Origin: a virus
Lineage: Duplodnaviria; Caudoviricetes
Direction: 5' to 3' (one strand)
DNA length: 51,635 nt
Virus record (IMG/VR): IMGVR_UViG_3300033388_001284
Span: 1 to 51,635 of that record
In this document: piece after piece, positions 14,847 through 25,233 of the stretch
How the letters are laid out: each line of letters begins with the position of its first letter
Position numbering within the stretch: position 1 is the stretch's first letter
The notes under the pieces: model-generated
What the model was told of the DNA's origin: nothing
The model's input: only the letters and a program-made list of their open reading frames with translations
Databases searched by the model: none
Program-made: the position numbers and the translations under genes

Positions 14847-16074
14847 AGCATATAGGATAAAGAAGACAGATAAACAGAGAGAAGCAGTTAAGTTAATAGG
14901 AGAGAATGAGACTACACTTTTAGAAGGTGGTAGTAGATCAGGAAAAACCTTCATTGCGATCTTTATTATAATAGTAAGATGTTTGTTAATGCCGGGATCT
15001 AGGCATCTAGTTGCTAGGTTCAGGTTTGCACATATAAAACAGGCCATTTGTTATGACACAATGCCAAAAGTATTAGAGGCATGTGGGCAGACGGCAAGTT
15101 GTAAGCTAAATAAGACCGATTGGTTTTATGAATTTGACAACGGATCAACCATTTGGGTTGGTGGTATGGATGACAAGGAACGAACGGAGAAGATACTTGG
15201 AAATGAGTACTCTACAATCTTCCTTAATGAGGCATCCCAGTTGTCATTTGATGCTTATGAGATGATTGTTACTAGATTGAACCCTTCAAAGGGCATGTCT
15301 GGTAAAATGATAATAGATTATAACCCCCCTTCTATACAACATTGGGGTTACAAAATGTTTCACAAAGGCAAGTTTCCTGACGGAAGACCAATACCTGAAG
15401 AAGGTTACGCCAAGTTGTTGATGAATCCTAAAGATAATCCACACTTGGATCCCGCCTATATCAAGCGTATTTCATTGTTAAGTGAGGCAAAAAGGCGTCG
15501 ATTTCTTGATGGTGGGTACTCTTTAGACTCAGGCTCCTTATGGAAGCGTTCATGGATAAAGTTTAACGAAGATATGCCAGATTTCTTTAGAATTGTTATA
15601 GGAGTTGACCCTTCTGGAACAGTTGCCGGAGATGAAGTTGGTATAATCGTATGTGGCAGCACTGTATTAGGCACTAAAGAAATGTACTGGGTATTAGATG
15701 ACTTTTCATTACATGGTACACCTAATGAGTGGGCAGAAGCAGTCGCAGCAGCATATAACAAGTGGCAAGCTGATATAGTTGTAGCGGAAAAGAATTATGG
15801 TGGGCTTATGGTAGAATCTACTATAAAGAACGCCCAACCAACAGTAAATGTGAAATTGATTAACTCATCAAGAGGTAAAATTGTAAGGGCCGAGCCTATC
15901 TCTGCTTTATATGAGCAAGACAAGATAAGACACCGGACAATGTTTAATGACCTTGAGGATGAGATGTGTATATATGAACCGGGATCAGACCAGTCCCCTA
16001 ATAGGATGGATGCTATGGTTTTCGCTATGACAGAATTGACCGGCGAAGGAATATCAATGATGGATGTAATATAA
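14821..16074 (+). CDS. terL: Terminase large subunit
   Basis: Walker A GGSRSGKT, Walker B-like FLNEA, DYNP, nuclease GVDP..NRMDA. Confidence 0.95.
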   Translation: METTRDSYKAYRIKKTDKQREAVKLIGENETTLLEGGSRSGKTFIAIFIIIVRCLLMPGSRHLVARFRFAHIKQAICYDTMPKVLEACGQTASCKLNKTDWFYEFDNGSTIWVGGMDDKERTEKILGNEYSTIFLNEASQLSFDAYEMIVTRLNPSKGMSGKMIIDYNPPSIQHWGYKMFHKGKFPDGRPIPEEGYAKLLMNPKDNPHLDPAYIKRISLLSEAKRRRFLDGGYSLDSGSLWKRSWIKFNEDMPDFFRIVIGVDPSGTVAGDEVGIIVCGSTVLGTKEMYWVLDDFSLHGTPNEWAEAVAAAYNKWQADIVVAEKNYGGLMVESTIKNAQPTVNVKLINSSRGKIVRAEPISALYEQDKIRHRTMFNDLEDEMCIYEPGSDQSPNRMDAMVFAMTELTGEGISMMDVI

Positions 16075-16082
16075 AGGAAGAT

Positions 16083-17546
16083 ATGGCAGTAACTAAAGGT
16101 ACGAAACTAGACAACTCATTAACAGATTTAGTAGCAGGCGTGGCTTCAGCTACTATGATGAATAACGGCTTACTTACCGGAGGTTCAACCTTATCATCAT
16201 ATGGAACCATAGCTCACGCTAATAACTACAGTCTACTTACAGTAAACAGAATAATCTTAACATATTTATATACAGGCAATGGTATATTTCAAACAGCCAT
16301 TGAATTACCTGTACAAGACGCTCTCTCTAAAGGTATTAAGCTTGAGTGCCCAGAATTGGACACAGACAGCGTTAAGAAGGTACTTGATTGGATGGAAACA
16401 CCTTTTAATAATAGTACAGAAGCCTTCACTCCTTGGGAAGTAATACAAAACATGTTTATCTGGTCTCGATTATATGGTGGATCAGCTATCTTAATTAACA
16501 CAGATCAAGACCCAGAGACACCTTTAGATATGGAATCTCTAAGTTTCGGTGGTAATTTCGAGATGTATGACATCGACAGATGGCAAATGGACTATAACGC
16601 CTACTCATATAAAGAGGACTACATGGCCTCAGCTATTGAAGAGGGAGACCATTACTATTTACATGGTGTTAAAATACATAAATCAAGAATGATTAGATCC
16701 AGAGGTAAAAGAGCACCTTATTATGTCAGACGACAACTAAAAGGTTGGGGAATGTCTGAAGGTGAACGAATGATTAGAGACATTAACGGTTTCTTGAAGA
16801 CTCAGGACGTTATGTATGAAATCATGGATGAGGCAAAAGTTGATATTTACAAAATAGAGAATTTAGCAGGAAAACTTCTACAAAGAGGTGGCACTGAAAA
16901 GATACAGAACAGGGTAATGGTAGCTAACCAATTGAAAAGCTACGTTAATGCTCTTGTACTTGATACTAAAGAAGAGTATCAACAAAAAACTATGGCGTTC
17001 TCTGGAATGGCTGAAGTTATGAGAGAAAATAGGTTAGGTGTTGCAGCAGCATTACGAATACCTATGACTAAATTATTTGGTATATCTGCATCAGGTTTTA
17101 ACACTGGTGAGTCTGATCTTGAGAATTATAATATGATGGTTGAAAGTAGTGTAAGAACTCCAATGAGACCTATAATAATGAAAATTCTTGAAATTGGTAT
17201 GAACAAAGTGTTAGGTTATTGCCCAGAATTTTCTTTCTCTTACCCTTCTTTAAGAATTGTATCTGCTCTTGATGAAGAGGGTATTAAAGTTTCTGCTCAA
17301 AATAGAGCAATGAGCCTTTATGATCGTGGTATAATCTCAGCACCTGAGTTAGCAGCTATAGGTAAGAGAGAATCATGGATTGAGATGGATTTACAAGCTA
17401 CTGAGGGTAAGATAGATGATCAACCGGAACCACCGGGAGTAGATCATGAGACTAATACTACGAGCATTGGTAAATCAGTGAAGAAACCGGGAACAAGTAC
17501 AGAGGAGCTTAATAACCCTTTTAGTACTGATAAAAAGTTTCTATAA
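16083..17546 (+). CDS. Portal protein (DUF1073-type)
   Basis: Follows TerL; RLYGGS, IHKSR, IPMTKLFGISASGFNTGESDLENY. Confidence 0.9.
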   Translation: MAVTKGTKLDNSLTDLVAGVASATMMNNGLLTGGSTLSSYGTIAHANNYSLLTVNRIILTYLYTGNGIFQTAIELPVQDALSKGIKLECPELDTDSVKKVLDWMETPFNNSTEAFTPWEVIQNMFIWSRLYGGSAILINTDQDPETPLDMESLSFGGNFEMYDIDRWQMDYNAYSYKEDYMASAIEEGDHYYLHGVKIHKSRMIRSRGKRAPYYVRRQLKGWGMSEGERMIRDINGFLKTQDVMYEIMDEAKVDIYKIENLAGKLLQRGGTEKIQNRVMVANQLKSYVNALVLDTKEEYQQKTMAFSGMAEVMRENRLGVAAALRIPMTKLFGISASGFNTGESDLENYNMMVESSVRTPMRPIIMKILEIGMNKVLGYCPEFSFSYPSLRIVSALDEEGIKVSAQNRAMSLYDRGIISAPELAAIGKRESWIEMDLQATEGKIDDQPEPPGVDHETNTTSIGKSVKKPGTSTEELNNPFSTDKKFL

Positions 17547-17555
17547 GAGGAATAT

Positions 17556-18686
17556 ATGAAATATAAAGTGTTACAGAATGGGGCAAACTTAACAGATGTT
17601 CTAAACGCTAATACATGGCCTAAACGGTACAGATGCGAGTTCATAGAGCCAGGGATTTGTGATTACAGCGATATAGACGCTGGCACAATCTATATAGGGC
17701 CAGACACGCTAGACAAGATGCTATCAACCTTCATAGGTAAACCAGTTGTAAACGAATTGCATAACGATTTAACTCCGGAGCAAGCGTATAAACTATCTAA
17801 TGAAGATTTAGAGTCCCTAGCTGATGGTGTGGTATATGACGTAGGATCTTCCGGAAATGGCTGGCAGTATTGTGATATGATCATTTGGGATAAGAAGACC
17901 CAAGACAATATAGACATACACGGTTACTCAGTTTCCTGTTCTTATGCAGTTATAAGAAATGGTGAAAGTGGCACACACCACGCTATACCTTATGATACAG
18001 AAGTGTTGGAAGGGTGTTATACCCACAATGCTATAGTGAATAAGCCAAGATATGAGAGAGCCAAGATATGGGAATTACCATCATCACTATACAATAGTGT
18101 AGGTGATGAGTTAATTAGTAAGATAAATAATTCAAGAGGAGACAAAGAAATGTTTAAAAAGATTTCTACACATCTTTTCAATGGAGCAAAGAAAGACAAC
18201 TCTGCCTCAAATGCTCCTGAAAAGAAAGAAGACGTTGTAAGTATGGAGAACGCAGTTATAGTTCTTGAAAACGGTACATCAATTCCATTAAATGATGCAA
18301 TTGAGGCTTATAACAAAGTGAACAACATGAAAGAAGAGTCTACTAAAGATCCTGACTCAGCAGAGAAAAAAGATAATGCTGAAGAAGACGACAAGAAAGA
18401 CGACAAGAAAGATAACGCTGAGGCACCTCAAGATGTGGTAGCTGAACCAGTTGTTAAAAATGCTTGTGATGGTGAAGACGACAAGAAAGACAACGCTGAG
18501 GCACCTCAAGATGTGGTAGCTGAACCAGTTGTTAAGAGAGAAAACTCTAAAAAAGAAGACAAAAAACACTTTATTCAGGTTAAAAATGCAGTAGCTAAAT
18601 CTGAAGAAGTTAAGACATATGTGAATACTACAGCAGACCGGTACGCCCGTGGAGCTAGTAGATATGGTTCTAAGGAGGCCAAATAA
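17556..18686 (+). CDS. Prohead protease/scaffold (DUF2213-type); probable internal scaffold start at 18150
   Basis: GKPV..H, VSCSY, H(N)AIVNKPRY; charged low-complexity C-half; GAGGAG RBS before ATG 18150. Confidence 0.85.
   Translation: MKYKVLQNGANLTDVLNANTWPKRYRCEFIEPGICDYSDIDAGTIYIGPDTLDKMLSTFIGKPVVNELHNDLTPEQAYKLSNEDLESLADGVVYDVGSSGNGWQYCDMIIWDKKTQDNIDIHGYSVSCSYAVIRNGESGTHHAIPYDTEVLEGCYTHNAIVNKPRYERAKIWELPSSLYNSVGDELISKINNSRGDKEMFKKISTHLFNGAKKDNSASNAPEKKEDVVSMENAVIVLENGTSIPLNDAIEAYNKVNNMKEESTKDPDSAEKKDNAEEDDKKDDKKDNAEAPQDVVAEPVVKNACDGEDDKKDNAEAPQDVVAEPVVKRENSKKEDKKHFIQVKNAVAKSEEVKTYVNTTADRYARGASRYGSKEAK
18397..18535 (+). repeat. Near-identical 61-bp repeats, period 78 nt (26 aa), in the scaffold region
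   Basis: DDKKDNAEAPQDVVAEPVVK occurs twice. Confidence 0.85.
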
Positions 18687-19159
18687 TGCCATTATACACG
18701 AATCAATTTAAACAAGGAAATGCGGTAGGTACGTTAGACCTTAACGTAAACCCTAACCCATTCTCAATGGTTGTACAATATCAATCAGGTGGTACAGGTA
18801 ACTTAGTACCAGGTGAAGGTGTAATATTAGATGACTTAGGTGCTTCTGATTATAATTCTCTACCACAAGTTGATAAGAGAGCTTTAACAGCAGACGCTAT
18901 AGAAGGCGTGGTAATCTTTGATCCTAAGAGAGCATCAGCAACTCCGGGAACACGTATCACTATCGCTAAAAAACACGCTGTAGTTTTTATGAACTCCGGG
19001 GCAGCTCTCCTTCGTGGAGCTAAAGTAGAACTTGTTTTAGCTACAGCAGGGAATGTTATCACACAATCTGCCGGTGCATTATTTGGAAAAGCTTTAGATA
19101 AGGCAACAGCAGCTGATGAACTAATCAGAGTTGAAATATTAACAGACGGGGTAGTATAA
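18686..19159 (+). CDS. Capsid decoration/cement protein
   Basis: Between scaffold and MCP; GKALDKATAADELIRVEI C-terminus. Confidence 0.7.
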   Translation: MPLYTNQFKQGNAVGTLDLNVNPNPFSMVVQYQSGGTGNLVPGEGVILDDLGASDYNSLPQVDKRALTADAIEGVVIFDPKRASATPGTRITIAKKHAVVFMNSGAALLRGAKVELVLATAGNVITQSAGALFGKALDKATAADELIRVEILTDGVV

Positions 19160-20157
19160 TGAGTAGAAGAGTAAATATACAAGGTATGGCACTTACCAAT
19201 GCAAACGGTGCTATTGATGTAAACTCAGCAGGTTATGAGTATGTAATCAAAACAACTTCTGAAATTCGATCTAGAATCGTAGAGCAGAAATTTTATAAAG
19301 TAGCTCCTGCTGACTTTATGCCAGTAGACGTTGGTGAAGCAGCATGGAAAAGCGAGATCGTACAGAATATCACTTACGATTTAGCAGGTGACTTTTATCA
19401 AGGTGACAATGAGACAATGACAGGTGGCGGTCGTATCGCTGAAGTTAACACTGCATTAGCTCCAATAAGAATGCCTACAATTGTTTGGGCAAAAGGTATC
19501 TCTTGGAACGTAGCAGAGGTCGCTCAAGCATCAGCATCTTCCAATTGGGACATCATCGAAGGTAAAATGAAGTCTCTAAAAAGAAACTGGGATCTTGGTA
19601 TTCAAGAAACAGCTTTCTTAGGCCATCCAACAGAAGCAGCTATGACTGGTTTAATCAACAATGGTGAAGTAACAATCAACACTGCTATTATAACAGAGCC
19701 TTTAAGTGGAATGACAGAAACAGAGTTTACAGCTTTCGTAGCAACAGTATTAAATACTTATTTTGCTAACTCTAACGAGACAGAAATGCCAGATACTTTT
19801 GTTATGCCAACAAGTGATTACCTAGGAATGGGTGTACCTTACAGTGCTACCTACCCTAACATCTCTAAATTAGAGTACTTGTTAAATACTTTTAAGAAGA
19901 TGACAGCTAATGAAGGCTTTCAGATCAAACCATTGGTTTATTGTGAAGCATCTAAAAATAGCATTAGAGGAATCAACAAACAAAGATACGTTCTTTATAA
20001 GAATGATCCAGACACATTGTCAATGTCAATTCCAGTTGATTTTAACATGTATCAAGCGGATACTTCTAACAGTATCTTTTGGCAACAACCATCAATCGGT
20101 CAATACTCTGGTGTACTTGTAACAAGAGCTCCAGAAATATTATACTTTGACTATTAA
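19159..20157 (+). CDS. Major capsid protein (DUF2184/encapsulin-like HK97 fold)
   Basis: 332 aa; AFLG..GLIN, PDTFVMP, RYVLY..DP; gene order. Confidence 0.9.
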   Translation: MSRRVNIQGMALTNANGAIDVNSAGYEYVIKTTSEIRSRIVEQKFYKVAPADFMPVDVGEAAWKSEIVQNITYDLAGDFYQGDNETMTGGGRIAEVNTALAPIRMPTIVWAKGISWNVAEVAQASASSNWDIIEGKMKSLKRNWDLGIQETAFLGHPTEAAMTGLINNGEVTINTAIITEPLSGMTETEFTAFVATVLNTYFANSNETEMPDTFVMPTSDYLGMGVPYSATYPNISKLEYLLNTFKKMTANEGFQIKPLVYCEASKNSIRGINKQRYVLYKNDPDTLSMSIPVDFNMYQADTSNSIFWQQPSIGQYSGVLVTRAPEILYFDY

Positions 20158-20174
20158 AATAAAAAGGAAGTAAC

Positions 20175-20465
20175 ATGAGAATCTTTAACAAAGGTAAAAG
20201 AAAATTTGAAGTAAAGGACGGCAAGGACACTGTAGTAATACAGCCTCAACGTTTCTCTACTGTTTCTGATGAACTAGGAAAAAGTCTTTTAAAAGACTAC
20301 TTCCGTGATCTTTCTGAGACAGAAGATGTTAATAAAGATGAAAATATTTCTCTTAAAAAAGAAATAGCAGAACTTAAAGCTCAATTAGCTAAAAAGGAAT
20401 CGGGAAAAAGTAATAAAAAGAAGCCCGTAGCTCCTAAAGAAGTAAAAGAGACAGAAAGTAACTAA
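20175..20465 (+). CDS. Hypothetical head-associated protein
   Basis: AAGGA RBS; follows the MCP. Confidence 0.7.
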   Translation: MRIFNKGKRKFEVKDGKDTVVIQPQRFSTVSDELGKSLLKDYFRDLSETEDVNKDENISLKKEIAELKAQLAKKESGKSNKKKPVAPKEVKETESN

Positions 20466-20484
20466 TCAATGTCAAGGAAAGATT

Positions 20485-20715
20485 ATGGCAAAAGAAAAAG
20501 CAACAGGTCTAACTTCCCCTGTTACTGCTCCTATTAAAAAACCTTTGTCAAAACTCATACACAACCGGGGTAAAATCCCGGTTGTTATTAGATATATAAA
20601 AGGTTTACCAGAAGTATTGCAGGTCAACAGAAAAGTTAGATTAAAAACAGAGATAGCAGATAAGCTATTAACTAAATACAAAGATTTAAAAGAAGTCAAA
20701 AAAGGAGACAAGTAA
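20485..20715 (+). CDS. Small basic hypothetical protein
   Basis: AAGGA RBS; coupled to the next gene. Confidence 0.65.
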   Translation: MAKEKATGLTSPVTAPIKKPLSKLIHNRGKIPVVIRYIKGLPEVLQVNRKVRLKTEIADKLLTKYKDLKEVKKGDK

Positions 20716-21089
20716 TGTCTATTCAAAATACACAAGCAGCTATAGAGCTGGGAACATTGACAGCAGGTACAAGATGGTTAGCGTTATTTGAGACTACACC
20801 GAATGAAACCTCTGCCGGCACAGAAATATCAACAAGTGGTACTGGTTATGCAAGAGTACAGGTTGACGCTGGGGACTGGACAATAGTAGATAAAACAGCG
20901 ACTTTAAATACAGAGAAAGCTTTTCCTACAGCAGTATCGGCATGGCCTACAGTAGTTGGGTTTGCTTTGATGACAGCATCTTCAGCAGGTACCATACTTA
21001 GATACGAAGACTTGTTTGCAAGTAAAGCAATCTTACTAGATGACACTGCAAGGTTTGCATCAGGGGAACTAACACTAAACTTCTCATAA
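20715..21089 (+). CDS. Small beta-rich virion protein of a type usually found next to fibre genes
   Basis: WLALFETTP..GTEIS..GYARV..FPTA..W..VVGFAL pattern. Confidence 0.7.
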   Translation: MSIQNTQAAIELGTLTAGTRWLALFETTPNETSAGTEISTSGTGYARVQVDAGDWTIVDKTATLNTEKAFPTAVSAWPTVVGFALMTASSAGTILRYEDLFASKAILLDDTARFASGELTLNFS

Positions 21090-21099
21090 GGATTAAAAT

Positions 21100-24000
21100 A
21101 TGGCTGAAATAATAAGGTATGTAGACACAGGGGCAACAGGTACCGGTGATGGTACCTCTTGGACAGATGCCTACACCTCTATGTCCGCTATGGAGGCCGC
21201 AGAACAACAGGATTTAGTAGCAGGTGGTAACACGTTCACATGTTATTGTAGAGCCAGCACTGGAGTAGCAGATACGACTCCAGTTATCTTCCTAGGTTGG
21301 ACAACAGGCGTAGCCAACGATATTAAAATCATAGGTGAGTCAACCTCCAAGTGGGACGCAAGTAAATATAGATTCGTATTCCCCTTCTCTGTTACAACCG
21401 GTATGTCATTAGAAGTACCTAACTTAACATTTGACTCTATACATGTAGAACACACTAAATCAGCGGCATCCGCTACTTATACCTATACTATAAGAGTTAG
21501 GAACCCCGGAATAACAATTAAGAACTGTATTCTCAAGGGAGTCAATGACGGAGCACCATCCCAATATTTAGGATGGACAGGTGTTCATATACAGTATTCA
21601 GATGGAATATGTTTATTTTACAACAATATACTCTATGACTTCATTGTAGGTGGCGCAGCAGCTCTAAAAGATAGATCGTCTGGTGTCTCGACTGTATACG
21701 CATATAACAACACTTTATATAATAATGACGTTTCACTTCAAGGTGACAACGGTAACATGGTTGTAAAGAACAGTATTATAGCAGCTACAGGGACAACTCT
21801 AGTAGAAGGAACGATAAGCTCGGCATCTGACTACAACTCATTTGATACAGCGGAGACCACAGGAGGAGCCAACGACAGAGCTAGTCAAACTTTCTCTTTC
21901 ACAGACGTACCAACAGGTGATTTTACACTATTACCAATCGATACAGGTGCTTTGGATGTAGGAGTAGATCTTTCAGCAGATCCCGGCCTCTCTATAGTAG
22001 ACGATATTATAGGAACCGCTAGACCACAAGGTTCTGGCTATGACATAGGGTCAATAGAAACTATTGGTTCAGTGACTTATGTTGATTTAAATAGTACAGA
22101 GACCACTACTGTAATAGAGACAGCGGATCTTACTGTGCAATCAGCAATAACAGACATAGTTAGATATGTAGATACAGGTGCTACAGGTACAGGTGATGGT
22201 ACAAGTTGGGTTAACGCTTATACAGCATTAGCAACGATGGAATCGTCAGAACAACAGAATCTAGTATCTACTAACAGTAGGTTCACATGTTATTGTAGAG
22301 CGAGTACTGGACTAGCAGACACTACTCCATTCGTATTTTTAGGTTGGACAACTAGTGTAACTAACACTATATCTCTAATAGGAGAAAAAACTTCATCGTG
22401 GAACACTGATAAATACAGGTTGGAGATACCCTATGATGTAAGTACAGCGATATCCTTAGAGGTGCCGTATCTTACATGGGATGCTATACATCTACAACAC
22501 ACTAAATCAGCGTTGTCTTCTACTTACGTGTATACACTACGTATAAGAAATCCTAATATACATGTTAAAAACAGTATTATTAAAGGTGTTAATGACGGAG
22601 CACCTGCTCAATATCTTGGATGGTCAGGTGTACATATTCAAATCGATTCTCTGTCAGCACAGTTTAGTAACAATATAATATATGGTTTTGATGTAGACGG
22701 AGCAGCAGCACTAAAAGATCGTAGTTCCATTGGTGCTACTGTTTATGCATATAACAACACTATTTATGGTAATGACATCGCTTTGCATTGTTACGATTCT
22801 ACTTTAGTGTTAAAGAATACACTGGTTGCAGGAAATAACCAGACTCTAGAAGACTCAATAAACCCTGCATCTGACTACAACGCATTCGATTCTGTAGAGA
22901 CCACTGGAGGAGCCAACGACAGAGCAAGCCAAACGTTCTCTTTTGTGGACGCACCAAGTGGTGACTTCTCTCTGTTACTTACAGATACAGGAGCTTTAGA
23001 TGTTGGCGCTGACTTATCAGCAGACCCTGGTCTAAATATAAGTAACGATATTATAGGAACTTCAAGACCACAAGGCCCTGGTTATGATATAGGGTCTATA
23101 GAGACTCCTGAAGACACCGGTTTTGTGGAGTTACAGTCTACAGAATTAGCTATTATATATGAACATGCCGACTTAACACCCGGCCCATATAATGTAACAG
23201 CTACAATACCGGTTTTAGAACCTTTTCCAGTGTCCGTACTTAATCCGTCACAGACGTATTACGTTGATCAAGCGTATCCCGGAGCATCGGACAGCAACGA
23301 TGGTTCAGAGACTAACCCTTGGTTAACTATAGACCACGCAGCCGACGCTGTTGTTGGTGGTGGTAAGATTATAGTAAAGGCAGGATTCTATGACGAAAGG
23401 GTAGATTCTACAGTTGGTGGTGTTGATGGGAACTGGAAAGTTTTTGAGGCGCAGGGATCAGTAACATGTAGAGGTTTTGTAATACGCTCAGCCTCATATG
23501 TGGCAGTAAATGGATTTATTATAATTGATCAGCTTGATCCTATTGGGACATCCTACGGAAGTGGTGTGTGGGTGCAAGGTGATTATGTATATGTATTAAA
23601 TAATACGATATCAGGTTTCGCAAGATCAACAGGTGTAACATCTTCCGCATATTCTGTGAATTTAAATGTTCAAGTAGAAAACAATAGAATATTCGATTGT
23701 ACAGGCGGTGTGTGGGTTGATGGTAGCTCATGGTTGGTTATAAATAACAATATATCAGCATTACGTTACATAGACGGCGGGGATTGTGACTACTTTAGGT
23801 ATTTCGGTGACGATATAATTTTTCGTGACAACTACATGCATGACACTTTACAGTCCTCAGTTGGCCCGTCACATGTTGATTTCTTTCAAACTTTTTGGAA
23901 CAATCAAGAGTCACACAGGATACTAATAGAAAACAATTTAGGCCACGGCCCTTATGTTAATCAGGCGGTACTCATAGAAGGGCAAGGTGACATAGTTACC

Positions 24001-25233
24001 GATATAACAATTAGAGGGAACGCTCTAGTAGATATGACCTCTTGGGGTATTTTGGTCGGGGCTGCAAAGAGAATAACAGCGTATAACAATACAATTAGAG
24101 GAGCAGACACAGCACCCTTTGGTATTGCTTATAGACAAGGAACCTTACAAGGTGAAGTCGATAGGGCAACCGGTGTTGTTAGAGATAATATTATAAACAA
24201 CTGGACATCAGACAACTGGTTTCAAGGGAACTGTATTGTAGAGTACAGTTATAATATAGTAGGAAACGCTGAGTACCTTCAAGACCCAACTGATATTCTT
24301 GCTCCAGATCCAAGATTTGTTAATACCGCAGACATAGTAGGGCCAGATATGCTCCCGTTTACATCAGATGATGGTCTTCGTTTGTTGGAAGACTCACCAG
24401 CCATAGATAATGGCACTGATGGAGAAACAATAGGCGCATATCTATATGCCAGTACATTCACTGATTTAAAGGTGGATGAATTTGTATCAGTGAATGAGGA
24501 GGCAACACTCCAAAACTTGAAGCCTTTGGTGTCTACTGAAACTGTAACAGTCCAAGAGACCGCAGATTTACTTGTATCCAAGTGGTTAGTATCAAATGAA
24601 ACTGTAACAGTCCAAGAGACCGCAGATTTACTTGTAACTAAATGGCTGACAGTAACTGAAGAGACAGTAGTAATAGAAGTAGGTATCTTATCAGTTCCTG
24701 ACCTTATACTTCTAAGATCGCATGAGTATACGGGAGTATCTGATGAAGGCATAGTAAGCGCTATAAGAGGACTAAGTTCTGAGGAGCGAGTAAGACCGTA
24801 TGAGTACGGTAACCTTAGTTCTGAAGTAGTTGATCCTTTTAAAGACTACTTCGATAGAGGACAGTTTGATTATGGTGATGAACCGCCACAAGTCAGAGAT
24901 AAGGATATCGAGAATGCGAGAGCCGAAGCAGACTGCGTGTTTAACGAAGGAATATATCCAGATCAAGAATGTTCGGATAAAGCATACCTTTACCTAACAG
25001 CACACTTCCTACAGTCTGATATACAAGCCGGAGCGAGTTTTGGGCAGCCGGACTTTCTTCAGACAGCAAGAACCGCTGACGGGATTACAGAACACTTGTT
25101 CATCCCCGACTGGATGAAACAGAGTGATTTCGTTTTATATGTAACTACTTACTATGGTAAGAAGTTTTTAACAATATCAAAACCTTGGTTAGATGGTGCC
25201 GTATTTGTAGTAGCTGGAGGAACAACGTTCTAA
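21100..25233 (+). CDS. 1377-aa fusion: three right-handed beta-helix (pectate-lyase-like) modules, a repeat stalk and a C-terminal DUF4054-type head-tail adaptor
   Basis: Two paralogous ~320-aa modules (RYVDTG..NNTxYxN..DIIGTxRPQG.GYDIG); a third YYVD..ASDSNDG..PWLTI module; C-terminal FKDYF..DKDI..AYLYLTAHFL..TTYYGKKFL. Confidence 0.85.
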   Translation: MAEIIRYVDTGATGTGDGTSWTDAYTSMSAMEAAEQQDLVAGGNTFTCYCRASTGVADTTPVIFLGWTTGVANDIKIIGESTSKWDASKYRFVFPFSVTTGMSLEVPNLTFDSIHVEHTKSAASATYTYTIRVRNPGITIKNCILKGVNDGAPSQYLGWTGVHIQYSDGICLFYNNILYDFIVGGAAALKDRSSGVSTVYAYNNTLYNNDVSLQGDNGNMVVKNSIIAATGTTLVEGTISSASDYNSFDTAETTGGANDRASQTFSFTDVPTGDFTLLPIDTGALDVGVDLSADPGLSIVDDIIGTARPQGSGYDIGSIETIGSVTYVDLNSTETTTVIETADLTVQSAITDIVRYVDTGATGTGDGTSWVNAYTALATMESSEQQNLVSTNSRFTCYCRASTGLADTTPFVFLGWTTSVTNTISLIGEKTSSWNTDKYRLEIPYDVSTAISLEVPYLTWDAIHLQHTKSALSSTYVYTLRIRNPNIHVKNSIIKGVNDGAPAQYLGWSGVHIQIDSLSAQFSNNIIYGFDVDGAAALKDRSSIGATVYAYNNTIYGNDIALHCYDSTLVLKNTLVAGNNQTLEDSINPASDYNAFDSVETTGGANDRASQTFSFVDAPSGDFSLLLTDTGALDVGADLSADPGLNISNDIIGTSRPQGPGYDIGSIETPEDTGFVELQSTELAIIYEHADLTPGPYNVTATIPVLEPFPVSVLNPSQTYYVDQAYPGASDSNDGSETNPWLTIDHAADAVVGGGKIIVKAGFYDERVDSTVGGVDGNWKVFEAQGSVTCRGFVIRSASYVAVNGFIIIDQLDPIGTSYGSGVWVQGDYVYVLNNTISGFARSTGVTSSAYSVNLNVQVENNRIFDCTGGVWVDGSSWLVINNNISALRYIDGGDCDYFRYFGDDIIFRDNYMHDTLQSSVGPSHVDFFQTFWNNQESHRILIENNLGHGPYVNQAVLIEGQGDIVTDITIRGNALVDMTSWGILVGAAKRITAYNNTIRGADTAPFGIAYRQGTLQGEVDRATGVVRDNIINNWTSDNWFQGNCIVEYSYNIVGNAEYLQDPTDILAPDPRFVNTADIVGPDMLPFTSDDGLRLLEDSPAIDNGTDGETIGAYLYASTFTDLKVDEFVSVNEEATLQNLKPLVSTETVTVQETADLLVSKWLVSNETVTVQETADLLVTKWLTVTEETVVIEVGILSVPDLILLRSHEYTGVSDEGIVSAIRGLSSEERVRPYEYGNLSSEVVDPFKDYFDRGQFDYGDEPPQVRDKDIENARAEADCVFNEGIYPDQECSDKAYLYLTAHFLQSDIQAGASFGQPDFLQTARTADGITEHLFIPDWMKQSDFVLYVTTYYGKKFLTISKPWLDGAVFVVAGGTTF
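24537..24636 (+). repeat. 40-bp direct repeat, period 60 nt (20-aa stalk repeat)
   Basis: TGAAACTGTAACAGTCCAAGAGACCGCAGATTTACTTGTA at 24537 and 24597. Confidence 0.9.

Noticed and set aside
16083-17546. Anti-CBASS Acb1 label sometimes attached to DUF1073 proteins
   Set aside because: Position, size and motifs fit a plain portal; no extra phosphoesterase domain is evident
21100-23106. Diversity-generating retroelement TR/VR pair
   Set aside because: Both copies are coding, differences are not adenine-specific, and no reverse transcriptase is present
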